A stretch of 64,000 nt of DNA. Source: Squalus acanthias (Eukaryota). The notes under the pieces are model-generated. The model did no database searches and was not told where the DNA came from. It worked only from the letters and a program-made list of their open reading frames with translations. Of the stretch, positions 62,830-64,000 are shown piece by piece. The stretch is from NCBI GenBank assembly GCA_030390025.1, contig CM059432.1, positions 131,690,001 to 131,754,000 on the forward strand, given 5' to 3'. Each line of letters begins with the position of its first letter. Position 1 is the stretch's first letter. Both the position numbers and the translations under genes were made by a program.

Positions 62830-64000
62830 TGAACCTCAGGAAAGATATATTGGCCTTGGAGGGGGTACATGCCTATTTGTTTTTCCATATTTGATGGGTA
62901 GCAGTGCAGAGATAAGCAGCAAAACGTAATGGCTTCTGAAAGGGAAATTAAAATGTTCCTATATGATTGGTTTAGTGTTTGAACTACGAAATCAAACAAT
63001 TAGGAAAAAAATGAACATCACCTACATTGCACCAATCAGAAGGCTTCAAATCTATAGACACAAAAATATTTTTATATATATATATATATATATATAGGTT
63101 TGACAGAACAGGCACATGCAACGCAAGAAAGCACACATAGCTTCACATTTGCATGCTATACATATTTAATTTGTCAAGAAACTGTTTATTATATAAATGG
63201 TCGTGGTGTAATGTGTAATTTGTAAGATTAAGTCGAATTTGGAAAATCTGCACACTGCCAATCATTTTCATCTCCGAATATTTATAACTAAGTTGCCCAA
63301 TTTATTGCGAGTTTTGGGCATTATACATGCATCCATTCGATGAAAGACTGTTTCAAGAATTTATCACTAAAATCTGTGTGCGTTAGTTTTAATAATACTC
63401 TTTTGTTGCCACTAGGTTTACATATTTACAGCGCAAGATATATAAAGCCATTGTTGTACAACAGAACATGAATGCCACCAGCTAGGCTGTTCAGGATCAG
63501 AGAATGCGATAAAATAAATTACAAATCGGAAGTACAGCAGTAAAATACCTGCTGATAAGATGTGCAAGACCCGTGTTTTCTTCTTCTTGTCCAGTGGCTG
63601 GATGTTGTGAATTCAAATCATGTCAGTAGCAACTACGTGCGTTTCGTATATATCTCGAAATAAAATATTTAGTTTTGAAATGTCTAATCTGCCACTCATC
63701 TGCCCTTGTTATGTGTTGGTCAAAGTTACCGACACAAGATGTATCGAGATAAATGTAGGTCTCTTTCATCCAGCAGGATGTGAGATAAAGGTGTCTTTCT
63801 CCTCTCACATTCTGATCAGATCCAGAGAATGCACTTCCTTTTGATTTCTCACCTGATAAGGGGCCCTCATGTATTTTTTAAAATCGTGCTTTCACTTATG
63901 GATCTTTGCAATATTGTCCTCTGACATCGGAAGCTTTTACTGATTGCTTTCACAAGAGGACAGCGGTCGAGGGTAGTGTTTTTTTTATAATGTGCTTACC

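Overview
Vertebrate genomic DNA, very probably from a cartilaginous fish, judged by shark-type HE1 V-SINE, SacSINE1/Deu-SINE and CR1/HER1-like LINEs. Bases 2217-29987 hold the 3' 19 coding exons of a + strand FACIT collagen with the collagen-IX exon-size series (6x54,45,54,54,54,72,36,45,33,147,...,78,last) and a GxCxxxxC NC1. It differs from COL9A1/2/3 by a longer three-cysteine NC2 and shifted introns around NC2. It also has an apparent 1-nt frameshift in the exon at 28084-28173, which an upstream GT donor could bypass. The rest is dominated by transposons: several PIF/Harbinger families (decayed autonomous copies plus their MITEs, often nested), CR1-type and other LINEs, a Tx1 fragment, a Penelope element, a solo LTR, a hAT MITE and SINEs. 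Three minimal hammerhead-ribozyme motifs lie in Penelope-derived sequence, and a 32-bp TTAGGG-containing minisatellite lies in a collagen intron. No intact second protein-coding gene could be supported. Family names come from recognition, not database search.
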